Part shown: positions 37,095 to 46,141 of the stretch, one piece after another
How positions within the stretch are numbered: the stretch's first letter is position 1
How the letters are laid out: every line of letters begins with the position of its first letter
Notes under the pieces: model-generated
Told to the model about the DNA's origin: nothing
The model's database searches: none
Seen by the model: only the letters and a program-made list of their open reading frames with translations
NCBI GenBank assembly: GCA_002778465.1
Contig: PFBV01000002.1
Location: 2,312-66,311, forward strand
Source of the DNA: Candidatus Magasanikbacteria bacterium CG10_big_fil_rev_8_21_14_0_10_36_32
GTDB lineage: Bacteria > Patescibacteriota > Patescibacteriia > Magasanikbacterales > GWA2-37-8
Direction of reading: 5' to 3'
Length of the DNA stretch: 64,000 nucleotides
Program-made: the position numbers and the translations under genes

Positions 37095-40000
37095 ATGCTA
37101 CAGACTTTAGCCCGGACCGGGCGAAAATTTTGGAATTTTATCAGACCGCGCAGAAAGTGGGGTCTTATTTCGCTTTTTATTTTTGCCGGTGTCGGTTTGT
37201 GTGTTTATTTTTTTGGCGGAACATTGGTAAATTCAGCCGGTGGTTCTGAAGAAGTATATCAAGGCACTTTGCTTACTAAAATAGTAACCGATATTATGGT
37301 TTGGATTGCCGGATTTTTTATTCAGGCAACAGTTTTTATAATGGATTTTGTTATTGAAATAGCCGGTTATAGTAATTTTATAAATTCCAAAGCGGTTTTA
37401 TTTGGTTGGACGCTGGTGCGTGACATTGCCAATATGTTTTTTGTTGTGATTTTATTGATAATCGCTTTTGGTACGGTTTTGGGCGCTGAAACATATAGCT
37501 GGAAAAAACTTTTGGTAAAATTTGTTTTAGCGGCCGTGTTAGTGAATTTTAGCCGGATAATTTGCGGAATAATTATTGATGCCGCTCAGGTGTTTATGAT
37601 GACTTTTTTGAATGGTGTGGCGGCGGTAGCCGGTGGAAATATTATTAATGCTTTTAAATTAAATGATGTTTTAAGTTTTGATCCGAATGTGCAACCGGAA
37701 GGAATGACAGATGTCAGTGTTTTAGGTTCAGCCATTGCTTGTATGTTTTTTGCGGCGATTGCCGCCTTTACCATCGGCGCTTATTTTATTGTTTTACTCG
37801 GACGTTTAGTGACTTTATGGATTTTAATAATTTTATCGCCGTTGGCTTTTGTTTTAAATGTTATTCCAAAAACTCAATCTTATGCCGGACAATGGTGGTC
37901 TGAATTTACCAACAATGTTATTGCCGGTCCGATTTTGGCTTTTTTTCTTTGGTTGTCTTTTGCTGTGGTTGGCGATGGAATGCCTCATAATGAATTAAGC
38001 GATAATTCGGCTTTTATGTTAAATACCGAATCAGTGGAAAGTACGGGGAATAATAATGTAATGGGTGGTTTGGCTAAAGTTATGGAATGGGGAAATTTGG
38101 CAAATTTTATAATCGCCGTCGGTATGCTTTTAGCCGGCGTAAAAGCAACTCAAAAATTAGGTGTGATTGGTTCCGGTATGCTCGGGAGCGCGGTGGAAAT
38201 GGGCAAAAAAGTTGCGACAGTGGCGACTGGAATAGCGGCTGGCCGATGGTTGGCGCAAAAAGGTGTTGAAGGAACAAAAATTGCAGGCAAAGGCGTGTTG
38301 ATGAAAGCGCCATTTGTTGGCGGAGATGCTTGGAAACGGCGCGGTAGAACTATTGCCGGAAAAGTGTCTTCAAAAGTTCAGGATATTCAATATGCCCGCG
38401 AACAGGCGGCAAAAAAATTAGAGAAAAAAGGTGGTTTTGGAAAATTTGCCGCTGGAATTATTGAAACTGCAACTAAAAAAGAAGAAGCGTCTAAACAATG
38501 GGGGAAATTAGCCGCGATGAAAAAAGAAGTCAGAATGGAAGATATGGGTTTAGGTTCGCGTCAAGTTGGAAAAGATACTTTAGTGGAAAAAGTTCGTTTA
38601 GATACGCTTAAGGCGCAGAGTACTGCCGCCAAAGAACGCTGGTATAATAATGCTTTAGTTAAATTTTATAACGCGCCGGATGAATTAAAAGATTTACAAA
38701 CTCAGCGTGGCGGTTTAGCGACCAGAGAATCAGCGGAACAGGCGATTGTTCAGGAAGCCAGTTTGGAAATTGCTAAAGCTCAAGCTGAGTTGGAGAACAT
38801 AAAAGACAATCCGGAAAAAATCAAACAATTGAATGATAGTATTGCGCAGAGTACTGCTATTAAACAAAATGCTGAACAAAATTTATCTCAGATTGTTGAT
38901 ACCAAAAAAACACTTGATAAACAAGTTGATACTATTTTCAAAGACGATAAAAAATGGAACAAAGACAGTTTGATTGGAAAGGATATTTTAGAACAGAGAA
39001 TCCAAAAGGAAAAAAATATGTCTGATGTGGCCGCCGCTCAAGGTATGATGGAATTAAGTTATTTAAATACCGAAGCCGGCAGACAAGCTCAAGTCAACGC
39101 GGCGGAATCAAAAATTATTCAACAACAGATGGGAGAAACAGTCAATGCTCAAAAACAATTGGTTGAATTAAAAAAGATTGAAGAATTATTGAAAAAGCCG
39201 CAGCCGGGACAAGATGCGTCTGCTTTGTCCGCACGTTATCAGGCTTTGCAGCAGGATATGTATTCCTCCAAAGCCGGCGGAGAACAATTGCGGATTGATC
39301 AAGCTCGCGAGGCGGAAAAGAAATTAGCTGTGGCTCGTGATGAAAAATTAAAACAATCCAGTCAGTTACCTCGTTATTTAAGCCAAGTTTTGCAAAAACA
39401 AAATAAAGAGGATATTGATATGTATTCCTCAAAAAACTTTGACCAAATGATGGCTAATATTAAATTTTTGAGCGGTCAAATGGAAAAAGAGACAGATGTT
39501 GACAAGAAAAGCATAATGCAAAAAGATTTACAGAATTGGGTGGTAGCCTCCTTTAATCGCGGTTCTGATTTTGGCTTAGCCGCTTTGAGTACGGCAAAGA
39601 AAAATAAAGATATTTCCGCTGATAATGTGGATAGCGCCAGAGCTGCTCACTTATCGGCCTTTTTAGGGGAAGAAGTGGAACAGTCATCTGAAGGTGTGAA
39701 TAAGGCTATGGAAAAAATGAAAAAATTGCAGGGTGAAAACTTTGACGCTTTTATGACGAATTATGTTGGCGGTTTATCAATGATGGCTGATAATGGCGCG
39801 GTAACGCACGGCGGTTTGTATAAAATGGTGACTGATAAAAATACCGGCCGGCAGACTTATGAAGTGACACATAAAGATTATGATAAAGATTTGATTAAAT
39901 CCAAAAGAGATTATCATTTGTCTCAGGCTAGGCAAGCCGGTCGCGGATTTAATGGTTCTTTAGATTTTAAAGACGGTAAATTTAAATTAGACAGTGAAGT

Positions 40001-40247
40001 ATCGGTTAACCATGTTGTAAATTTGATTGGCGCTAGAACTTCGGTCGGTTATGCTAATATGCACAAGATGAATTTAGATTCATTAAGCTCTGCCATTGAA
40101 AATACTGATAAGGAAGAATTTTTGAAACAATTAGGTGAAAAATTAAGTAAAAGCATTACTGAAACAAAAGCGATGGAGATGTTATTAAAACGCATTTCGG
40201 GAAAAGCTTTAGATAAAATTAATAAATATATTACATCAAATAAATAA
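37095..40247 (+). CDS. Polytopic membrane protein (VirB6/TrbL/PrgH-like topology) with a ~700-aa K/E/Q-rich coiled-coil extension
   Basis: ~8 hydrophobic helices in the first ~340 aa (e.g. ANMFFVVILLIIAFGTVLG, LWILIILSPLAFVLNVIP). The remainder is low-complexity helical sequence rich in K/E/Q/A. Confidence 0.5.
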   Translation: MLQTLARTGRKFWNFIRPRRKWGLISLFIFAGVGLCVYFFGGTLVNSAGGSEEVYQGTLLTKIVTDIMVWIAGFFIQATVFIMDFVIEIAGYSNFINSKAVLFGWTLVRDIANMFFVVILLIIAFGTVLGAETYSWKKLLVKFVLAAVLVNFSRIICGIIIDAAQVFMMTFLNGVAAVAGGNIINAFKLNDVLSFDPNVQPEGMTDVSVLGSAIACMFFAAIAAFTIGAYFIVLLGRLVTLWILIILSPLAFVLNVIPKTQSYAGQWWSEFTNNVIAGPILAFFLWLSFAVVGDGMPHNELSDNSAFMLNTESVESTGNNNVMGGLAKVMEWGNLANFIIAVGMLLAGVKATQKLGVIGSGMLGSAVEMGKKVATVATGIAAGRWLAQKGVEGTKIAGKGVLMKAPFVGGDAWKRRGRTIAGKVSSKVQDIQYAREQAAKKLEKKGGFGKFAAGIIETATKKEEASKQWGKLAAMKKEVRMEDMGLGSRQVGKDTLVEKVRLDTLKAQSTAAKERWYNNALVKFYNAPDELKDLQTQRGGLATRESAEQAIVQEASLEIAKAQAELENIKDNPEKIKQLNDSIAQSTAIKQNAEQNLSQIVDTKKTLDKQVDTIFKDDKKWNKDSLIGKDILEQRIQKEKNMSDVAAAQGMMELSYLNTEAGRQAQVNAAESKIIQQQMGETVNAQKQLVELKKIEELLKKPQPGQDASALSARYQALQQDMYSSKAGGEQLRIDQAREAEKKLAVARDEKLKQSSQLPRYLSQVLQKQNKEDIDMYSSKNFDQMMANIKFLSGQMEKETDVDKKSIMQKDLQNWVVASFNRGSDFGLAALSTAKKNKDISADNVDSARAAHLSAFLGEEVEQSSEGVNKAMEKMKKLQGENFDAFMTNYVGGLSMMADNGAVTHGGLYKMVTDKNTGRQTYEVTHKDYDKDLIKSKRDYHLSQARQAGRGFNGSLDFKDGKFKLDSEVSVNHVVNLIGARTSVGYANMHKMNLDSLSSAIENTDKEEFLKQLGEKLSKSITETKAMEMLLKRISGKALDKINKYITSNK

Positions 40248-40285
40248 AATTAATACTGATAAATTAAGCAAGATAAGTTTTGAAT

Positions 40286-41311
40286 ATGGCATCAATTGTT
40301 AGACAACTAAACGATACTGAACTGCGAGAAAAAAATCTCGTCTATTTTGGTTTTGATACGCAGGAGATGGAAGGTTTTTGGAATGCGTTGCATGAATATT
40401 TTAATGAAGCCTCACCATCTGATGACAGACAATATTGGTGGAGTTTTTTCCGTTGGTATACTGATGCCACATGGCAGGATATGACACGAATAGATAGGGA
40501 TGTTTTTGAAAGGATTGCAGTTGGACGGCAAATACCAATGGCTTTGATTTTGGGTTTTGATGTTTGGAATAGAATTATGGCTTATCTGTCATTAAAAGGA
40601 TTAGATGAAGAAGATACGCAAAACTTATATGTGAAAATTCGCGTCGCTTTTCTTAATTCAGAAGCAATAGTTGGTTATGGAAAAGGAAATTCCGAAATTA
40701 AAATAGTTGATTTAATAAAAGAATTGACTTTGATTAACAGTCGTGGGCGGGATTCAATGGCTATGGCGGAATTTTATGAAAAAATAAAAAATTTATTATT
40801 TCCGTCTAATGATAGTTGGTTAAAAGAGTTTATTGATGTTGATTATAAAGAAGCGGTGATGAAAATGGTAGATTTGATGGATTTTTTTATTACAGTGGAA
40901 TCTGACGATTTACCGGGGATAATGGATATGTATTTGCATTCAGAATTATATCCAACTGCCTCAACTGTTGCTCCGACTTCCGCTAAACAGGTTCAGTCTA
41001 TATCATTTAATCAACCGGAGACGGTCAAAGAAAAAAAAGTTGTTTTACCTGCTAAAAAAACGGAAGTTAAAGCTATTGTTTCAACACCGACTCCAATTCC
41101 GCCCAAGCCTGTCAAACCGCCTGTTCCGTCTTATTTAGATATAAAAAAAGAAGTTAATTTGGTTTTTAAAAAAGATCAGGACGGGGAATTTGTCGATTTA
41201 GACGGAGTCCTGAATAAATTATCTGAACTGGCTGTAAAATATAGCGATAATAAAATCGCTGAACTTTATTATTTTGACGAAAAAGAAAATAAATTTAAGT
41301 GGGGAGTTTAA
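40286..41311 (+). CDS. Hypothetical cytoplasmic protein (T4SS-operon member)
   Basis: ATG at 40286 (track start 40280 is TTG). No TM helix. Pro-rich linker (TPTPIPPKPVKPPVP) before a small C-terminal domain. No recognisable family motif. Confidence 0.5.
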   Translation: MASIVRQLNDTELREKNLVYFGFDTQEMEGFWNALHEYFNEASPSDDRQYWWSFFRWYTDATWQDMTRIDRDVFERIAVGRQIPMALILGFDVWNRIMAYLSLKGLDEEDTQNLYVKIRVAFLNSEAIVGYGKGNSEIKIVDLIKELTLINSRGRDSMAMAEFYEKIKNLLFPSNDSWLKEFIDVDYKEAVMKMVDLMDFFITVESDDLPGIMDMYLHSELYPTASTVAPTSAKQVQSISFNQPETVKEKKVVLPAKKTEVKAIVSTPTPIPPKPVKPPVPSYLDIKKEVNLVFKKDQDGEFVDLDGVLNKLSELAVKYSDNKIAELYYFDEKENKFKWGV

Positions 41312-41315
41312 AATT

Positions 41316-42461
41316 ATGTCTGATAACGCAACAATTTTAATTAAAAAAGCTGATGGCACAACCGAGAAGATAACTCTGGCTGAATTTCATGCTCGACAAA
41401 AGCAGTCTGCTCCGGCAGTTTTACCACCGGCGGATATTTCCCATTCTTCCGTTAAACCGGTTAAAATTGAAAAAAAAGTTGAACCGCTAAAATCTTTTAA
41501 TCCGCCAAAGGTAGAATCCAAAATTGAATTGTCAGAAAAAATTAAAAAAACAGAATTTACCAAAGATGATGCCGTTTCGTTGTTGGATGAATCATTGGAT
41601 GATGAAAAACCGAATATGCCTTTAGTCAGCCAGTCGCGTGTTTCTCAAGCTGACGAAATTATAAATAAATTAAATTTTAGAGCGCCGGATACGATTCGAT
41701 TACGAGGATTGATTCAATTGCGGTTGAAAGAAGTGCGAAGCGATGAAGAAACAAGAAGTTGGCTGATTCGGCCGATTGTTGACGGAGGCGCCGGAATCAA
41801 TGCGATGCAAGCTGAAGATGTTTTAAAATTATGCCGTGGAGAAAAAATTTCAAATAACTTTGAAGAAGTTAGTCCTTTAAAAAAAGGTTTACCCGGCGGT
41901 TTAAATGAACTGCCAATGGCTTCCGGCAATAAAACCGCTCCGATTGTTTATAAAGAACAGCCGGTTCCGGCAATTATGCCCAATAAAAAATCTTTTGTTG
42001 CCGCTTCTCCGGCCAAAGAAATAAAAAATTTAGGAGAATTAAAAAAAATATCCGATCAGAATTTGTCTGTTGACAGACATAATAAGATTTTATCTGATGA
42101 CAAAGAAATTCCGTCTGTTCGTCATATGGTGCGAGATATTATTCCGAACAAAAAAACCAGTATGAGTCCGACTGACGAAATTCGCTTTATATCATTGGTT
42201 GATTTTCGTCGTTTGTCCGCTAATCCGGAAGAGGCGATTGCCAGATTAAAACAAAAATTTATCAATTTGAAAGATGAATCGTATCTGCTTTATTTGGATG
42301 CTTTACAGGTTTGGCGAATGAGTCCGTTGTATCAGGATTATGTTGGCAGTGTTATTCGCGCGTTAAATCAAAATGTCCGTCTTAACAATTCATTGTTAGA
42401 TAAAAACAAAATACAAATGACGGAAATATCAGCGATTATTAAAATGGAAAATAGTTTTTAA
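41316..42461 (+). CDS. Hypothetical protein (T4SS-operon member)
   Basis: ATG at 41316, 5 nt after the upstream stop and preceded by GGGGAG. The ORF-track start 41274 overlaps the upstream gene. No recognisable motif. Confidence 0.5.
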   Translation: MSDNATILIKKADGTTEKITLAEFHARQKQSAPAVLPPADISHSSVKPVKIEKKVEPLKSFNPPKVESKIELSEKIKKTEFTKDDAVSLLDESLDDEKPNMPLVSQSRVSQADEIINKLNFRAPDTIRLRGLIQLRLKEVRSDEETRSWLIRPIVDGGAGINAMQAEDVLKLCRGEKISNNFEEVSPLKKGLPGGLNELPMASGNKTAPIVYKEQPVPAIMPNKKSFVAASPAKEIKNLGELKKISDQNLSVDRHNKILSDDKEIPSVRHMVRDIIPNKKTSMSPTDEIRFISLVDFRRLSANPEEAIARLKQKFINLKDESYLLYLDALQVWRMSPLYQDYVGSVIRALNQNVRLNNSLLDKNKIQMTEISAIIKMENSF

Positions 42462-42463
42462 AT

Positions 42464-42889
42464 ATGCAACAATTTGTCGTACCTCAATTTATTGATGTGG
42501 AAGATAAAATTTTCGGACCAATCACGGCGCGGCAGTTTGTGATTTTATTGGTGGCAACATTAATTATTTTTCTCACTTATAAATTAGCTGATATTACATT
42601 ATTTATTTTTTTAACTTTGGTAATAGGCGGTTTAGCTTTAGTTTTTGCTTTTGTTAAAGTAAACGGACAGCCGTTCCATTATGTTATTTTAAGCATGATT
42701 CAGACATTACGCCGACCGAGTTTAAGAGTTTGGAATAAAACTTTTGACAAAAGCGAATTAACTCATTATCGTGAAGAATCAAAAGTTGTGGTTGTTGAAA
42801 AAATTAAACGAGTGCCAAAATTGTCTTACAGCCGTATTCGAGATTTATCTTTGGTGGTAAATACCGGCGGTTATTATAAACCTGAATAA
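42464..42889 (+). CDS. PrgI-family (VirB3-like) small T4SS membrane protein
   Basis: N-terminal VPQFIDVEDKIFGPITARQFVILLVA followed by two TM helices, as in Gram-positive conjugation PrgI/VirB3-like proteins. It sits upstream of VirB4. Confidence 0.65.
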   Translation: MQQFVVPQFIDVEDKIFGPITARQFVILLVATLIIFLTYKLADITLFIFLTLVIGGLALVFAFVKVNGQPFHYVILSMIQTLRRPSLRVWNKTFDKSELTHYREESKVVVVEKIKRVPKLSYSRIRDLSLVVNTGGYYKPE

Positions 42890-42891
42890 TT

Positions 42892-43581
42892 ATGAAAAAT
42901 AAAAAAGCGGTCAATAAAAGAAATGCCGTTCCGACTACACAAAAAAATACGGCTATCGCTGAAATTAAACATGATACTGTAGTGGTAAAAGATGGTACTT
43001 TGCGTTCGGTTTTGATGGTGTCCAGTATTAATTTTGCTTTAAAAAATGACGATGAACAGCAGGCGATTGTGTCTAATTATGTTTCTTTTTTAAATTCGCT
43101 TGATCATCCTTTGCAAATTCTTATTCAATCCCGTCAGCTTAATATAAAACCGTATTTGGAAAGATTGGCGGACAAAGAAAAAGAACAGCCAAATGAATTG
43201 TTAAGAATGCAAATTGCCGATTATCGTTCGTTTGTTTCAGAATTGGTCAATTTGGGAAAAATTATGAGTAAACATTTTTTTGTGGTGGTGCCTTACGATC
43301 CGCTGACAAATAAAAAAAGAGGTTTTTGGTCGCGTTTGCTTGAAGTTATTAATCCGGCCATTACAGTTCGTTTGAAAGAAGAAAGATTTTTGCAGAGAAA
43401 GAGAGATTTGGATATGCGAGTAAGACAAATTCAAGGCGGTTTGCAAAGTATGGGGTTGGAAGTTGTTAAATTAGATACTCAATCGTTGATTGAACTTTAT
43501 TATTCCGCGTATAATCCGGATATCGCTCTTAGCGAACCGTTGGCGGATGTGGTGGAAACCATGCAATTAGAAAACGCTTAA
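42892..43581 (+). CDS. Hypothetical protein between the VirB3-like and VirB4 genes
   Basis: 229 aa and soluble. The segment IKHDTVVVKDGTLRSVLMVSSINFALKNDDEQQAIVSNYVSFLNSL resembles the extreme N-terminal module of Gram-positive VirB4-type proteins. This is by-eye inference only. Confidence 0.45.
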   Translation: MKNKKAVNKRNAVPTTQKNTAIAEIKHDTVVVKDGTLRSVLMVSSINFALKNDDEQQAIVSNYVSFLNSLDHPLQILIQSRQLNIKPYLERLADKEKEQPNELLRMQIADYRSFVSELVNLGKIMSKHFFVVVPYDPLTNKKRGFWSRLLEVINPAITVRLKEERFLQRKRDLDMRVRQIQGGLQSMGLEVVKLDTQSLIELYYSAYNPDIALSEPLADVVETMQLENA

Positions 43582-43591
43582 TTTTTTATTT

Positions 43592-45463
43592 ATGGCATTT
43601 AAACCAAGCTCAATTAAAGCAGAAAAAGAATCTACTGGTCGTCTTAAAGAAGATGAAAACAAAATAAAGAAGCAGACGGCCGAAGAAATGATTACTTTGG
43701 AAGAAGAAAAGATTTTTCGCGAAGGTGTTGTCAGTATCCGTGATTTAATAGCGCCTTCCGCTTTTCGCGTTGAATCCAGTTTTATACAATTGGGTGATTT
43801 ATATTGCCGGACTATTTTCATTACCGCTTACCCGAGATATATTTCCATCGGCTGGAGTTCGCCGGTTATTAATTTGTCGGTCACCATGGACATCTCAATG
43901 TTTTTTTATCCGGTTAAATCAGCTGTTATTTTAAAACAATTAAAAAATAAAGTCGGCGCTTTGGAAGCGCAAATTAGTTCCGACACAGAAAAAGGCGCGC
44001 CTCGCGATCCAATTCGGGAAACAGCTTTGCGCGATATTGAACAATTGCGAGATAATTTAACGCAAGGAATTGAACATTTTTTTCAATTTTGTTTTTATGT
44101 TACTCTTTACGCCAAAAGTAAAGAGGAATTGGATCAAACCACTGAAGATATTGAAAATATTTTCGGTTCAAAACTGATTATGAGTCGCAAAGTTTTATAT
44201 CAGGCGGAACAAGGTTTTAATTCCACTTTACCGATGGCAAATGACGAATTGTACATTGCTTTTAATATGAATTCGTCTCCGATTGCCGCTTCTTTTCCAT
44301 TTATTTCCGCGGAATTAACCTCAGATGATGGTATTCTTTATGGCATTAATCGCCATAATAACAGTTTGATTTTGTTTGACCGGTTTTCTTTGCAAAATGG
44401 CAATATGGTGGTTTTCGCTTCGGCCGGTGCCGGAAAAAGTTACGCCGTTAAACTGGAAGTTTTGCGCACAATGATGATGGGAACCGATGTGATGATTATT
44501 GATCCGGAAATGGAATATAAACATCTTTGTGATGCGGTTGGTGGAACTTACATTAGTATTTCGTTGTCTTCGGAAGCAAAAATCAATCCATTTGATTTGC
44601 CCCGTCCGGTCGGTTCTGATATTTCCACTGAGGATATTATTCGTAGCGCCGTTATTACCATGAAAGGCTTGTTGCGTATTATGTTGAATGGTTTGACGGT
44701 GGAGCAGGATTCAATTATGGATAGAGCTTTGATTGAAACTTACGCCAAGAAAGATATTACGCCGGAGGCGGATTTATCCAATATTAAACCGCCGATTATG
44801 CAGGATTTAGTGGAAGTTTTGGAAGGTATGCAAGGTTCCGATGAATTGGTAATGAAATTAAAAAAATATACCGAAGGAACTTTCAGTGGACTGTTTAATT
44901 CGCCGACTAATGTTGATGTTAAAAATCAATTGGTGATTTATAGTGTTCGTGATTTAGAGGATGAACTTCGCCCGATTGCTATTTATTCAATCGTTAACTA
45001 TATTTGGAATGTTGTACGTTCGGAAAGAAAAAAACGAGTTTTGGTGATTGATGAAGCTTGGTGGCTGATGATGCATGAGGACAGCGCCAGATTTATTTAT
45101 GGTTTGGTTAAACGCTGCCGAAAATATTATCTCGGAGTGACTACTATCACTCAGGATGTGAATGACTTTTTGAAATCTCAATATGGACAGGCGATCGTTA
45201 CCAACTCGGCTTTGCAGTTGTTGTTGCGTCAGTCGCCGGCGGCGGTGGATTTGGTTCAGCGGGTGTTTATGTTGACTGACAGCGAGAAATATTTGTTATT
45301 GGAAAGCGGAGTGGGCGAGGGTATATTTTTTGCCGGCAATAAACATGCCGCCATTAAAGTTGTTGCTTCTTATACAGAAGATCAGTTGGTTACCACCAAT
45401 CCGGAACAATTATTGGCTATAGAAAAAGCAAAGCGCGAATTTGAAGAACAGAGTAAAAAATAA
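43592..45463 (+). CDS. virB4: VirB4/PrgJ-class T4SS ATPase
   Basis: Walker A FASAGAGKSYAV, Walker B RVLVIDEAWWLM, downstream GVTTITQD motif. The N-terminal half (IRDLIAPSAF..GDLYCRTIFITAYPRYISIGW) is as in Gram-positive VirB4 homologs. Confidence 0.85.
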   Translation: MAFKPSSIKAEKESTGRLKEDENKIKKQTAEEMITLEEEKIFREGVVSIRDLIAPSAFRVESSFIQLGDLYCRTIFITAYPRYISIGWSSPVINLSVTMDISMFFYPVKSAVILKQLKNKVGALEAQISSDTEKGAPRDPIRETALRDIEQLRDNLTQGIEHFFQFCFYVTLYAKSKEELDQTTEDIENIFGSKLIMSRKVLYQAEQGFNSTLPMANDELYIAFNMNSSPIAASFPFISAELTSDDGILYGINRHNNSLILFDRFSLQNGNMVVFASAGAGKSYAVKLEVLRTMMMGTDVMIIDPEMEYKHLCDAVGGTYISISLSSEAKINPFDLPRPVGSDISTEDIIRSAVITMKGLLRIMLNGLTVEQDSIMDRALIETYAKKDITPEADLSNIKPPIMQDLVEVLEGMQGSDELVMKLKKYTEGTFSGLFNSPTNVDVKNQLVIYSVRDLEDELRPIAIYSIVNYIWNVVRSERKKRVLVIDEAWWLMMHEDSARFIYGLVKRCRKYYLGVTTITQDVNDFLKSQYGQAIVTNSALQLLLRQSPAAVDLVQRVFMLTDSEKYLLLESGVGEGIFFAGNKHAAIKVVASYTEDQLVTTNPEQLLAIEKAKREFEEQSKK

Positions 45464-45493
45464 TTCACTTTTTATTTAACAGGGTAAAACAAT

Positions 45494-46090
45494 ATGACTA
45501 CACTCCGCACAAGAATTTTTATTATTTTTAGCATATTTTTTCTGTTCGTTTTAGCGGTTAGCATTATTTTGATTGTGATTAATAAGCAAAAACAGGCGGT
45601 TATTGAAACAACTTCTACACCGTCGGCGATAGATTTTGATAATTTTACGCAGGATAAAATTAGCGCGCCGGCTGCCCAAGTGACGCCAACTCAAGGAATA
45701 ACCGTAAAACAACCAACCACTGAGGAACAAATGAAAAATGCCGCTAAACAGATAGCAAAGATTTTTGTGGAACGCTATGGCACTTATTCCACTGATAATA
45801 ATTTCAGCAATATTAAAGAATTGGATACAATGTGCAGTCGGGATTTGTGGAGTGTTTTAAGTTCGCGGATAACTGACACTCAGGTCAATAACGGATTTGT
45901 CGGTGTTACCACTAAAGCGGTTACCTCAGTAATCACTTCTTGGCAAACAGATAAAGCTATTGTTGAAATTACAACTGTCCGGACAGAAACAAAAGATGGC
46001 GTCACTTCTTCAAAAAATCAAAAAGCTACAGTTACTTTGGTTAATGTTCAGAATAATTGGCTGGTGGATGATGCAAAATGGGGACAATAA
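45494..46090 (+). CDS. Bitopic membrane protein, VirB8/PrgL-like candidate
   Basis: One N-terminal TM helix, a T/P/Q-rich linker, and a ~115-aa C-terminal alpha+beta domain (AAKQIAKIFVERYGTYS...ATVTLVNVQNNWLVDDAKW). This is compatible with an NTF2-like fold, and the gene follows VirB4. Confidence 0.35.
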   Translation: MTTLRTRIFIIFSIFFLFVLAVSIILIVINKQKQAVIETTSTPSAIDFDNFTQDKISAPAAQVTPTQGITVKQPTTEEQMKNAAKQIAKIFVERYGTYSTDNNFSNIKELDTMCSRDLWSVLSSRITDTQVNNGFVGVTTKAVTSVITSWQTDKAIVEITTVRTETKDGVTSSKNQKATVTLVNVQNNWLVDDAKWGQ

Positions 46091-46106
46091 AAAAATATAT
46101 TTAACA

Positions 46107-46141
46107 AAAACCCCGATATCAAATCGGGGTTTTAAATTTTT
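46107..46141 (+). terminator. Rho-independent terminator closing the T4SS-like operon
   Basis: AAAACCCCGAT-atcaa-ATCGGGGTTTT followed by AAATTTTT. Confidence 0.7.

Noticed and set aside
37033-37110. A 25-aa ORF (ATGAGTGAAATAATC...) in the T4SS operon leader.
   Set aside because: It has no RBS, it overlaps the start of the 1,050-aa gene, and there is no supporting evidence beyond an open frame.
42892-45463. VirB4 as a split or frameshifted pseudogene (the 229-aa ORF plus the 623-aa ORF).
   Set aside because: The 623-aa ORF already contains a VirB4-type N-terminal region and a complete ATPase domain. The two ORFs are separated by a clean stop, a 10-nt gap and an ATG. The upstream ORF is kept as a separate gene of unknown role.
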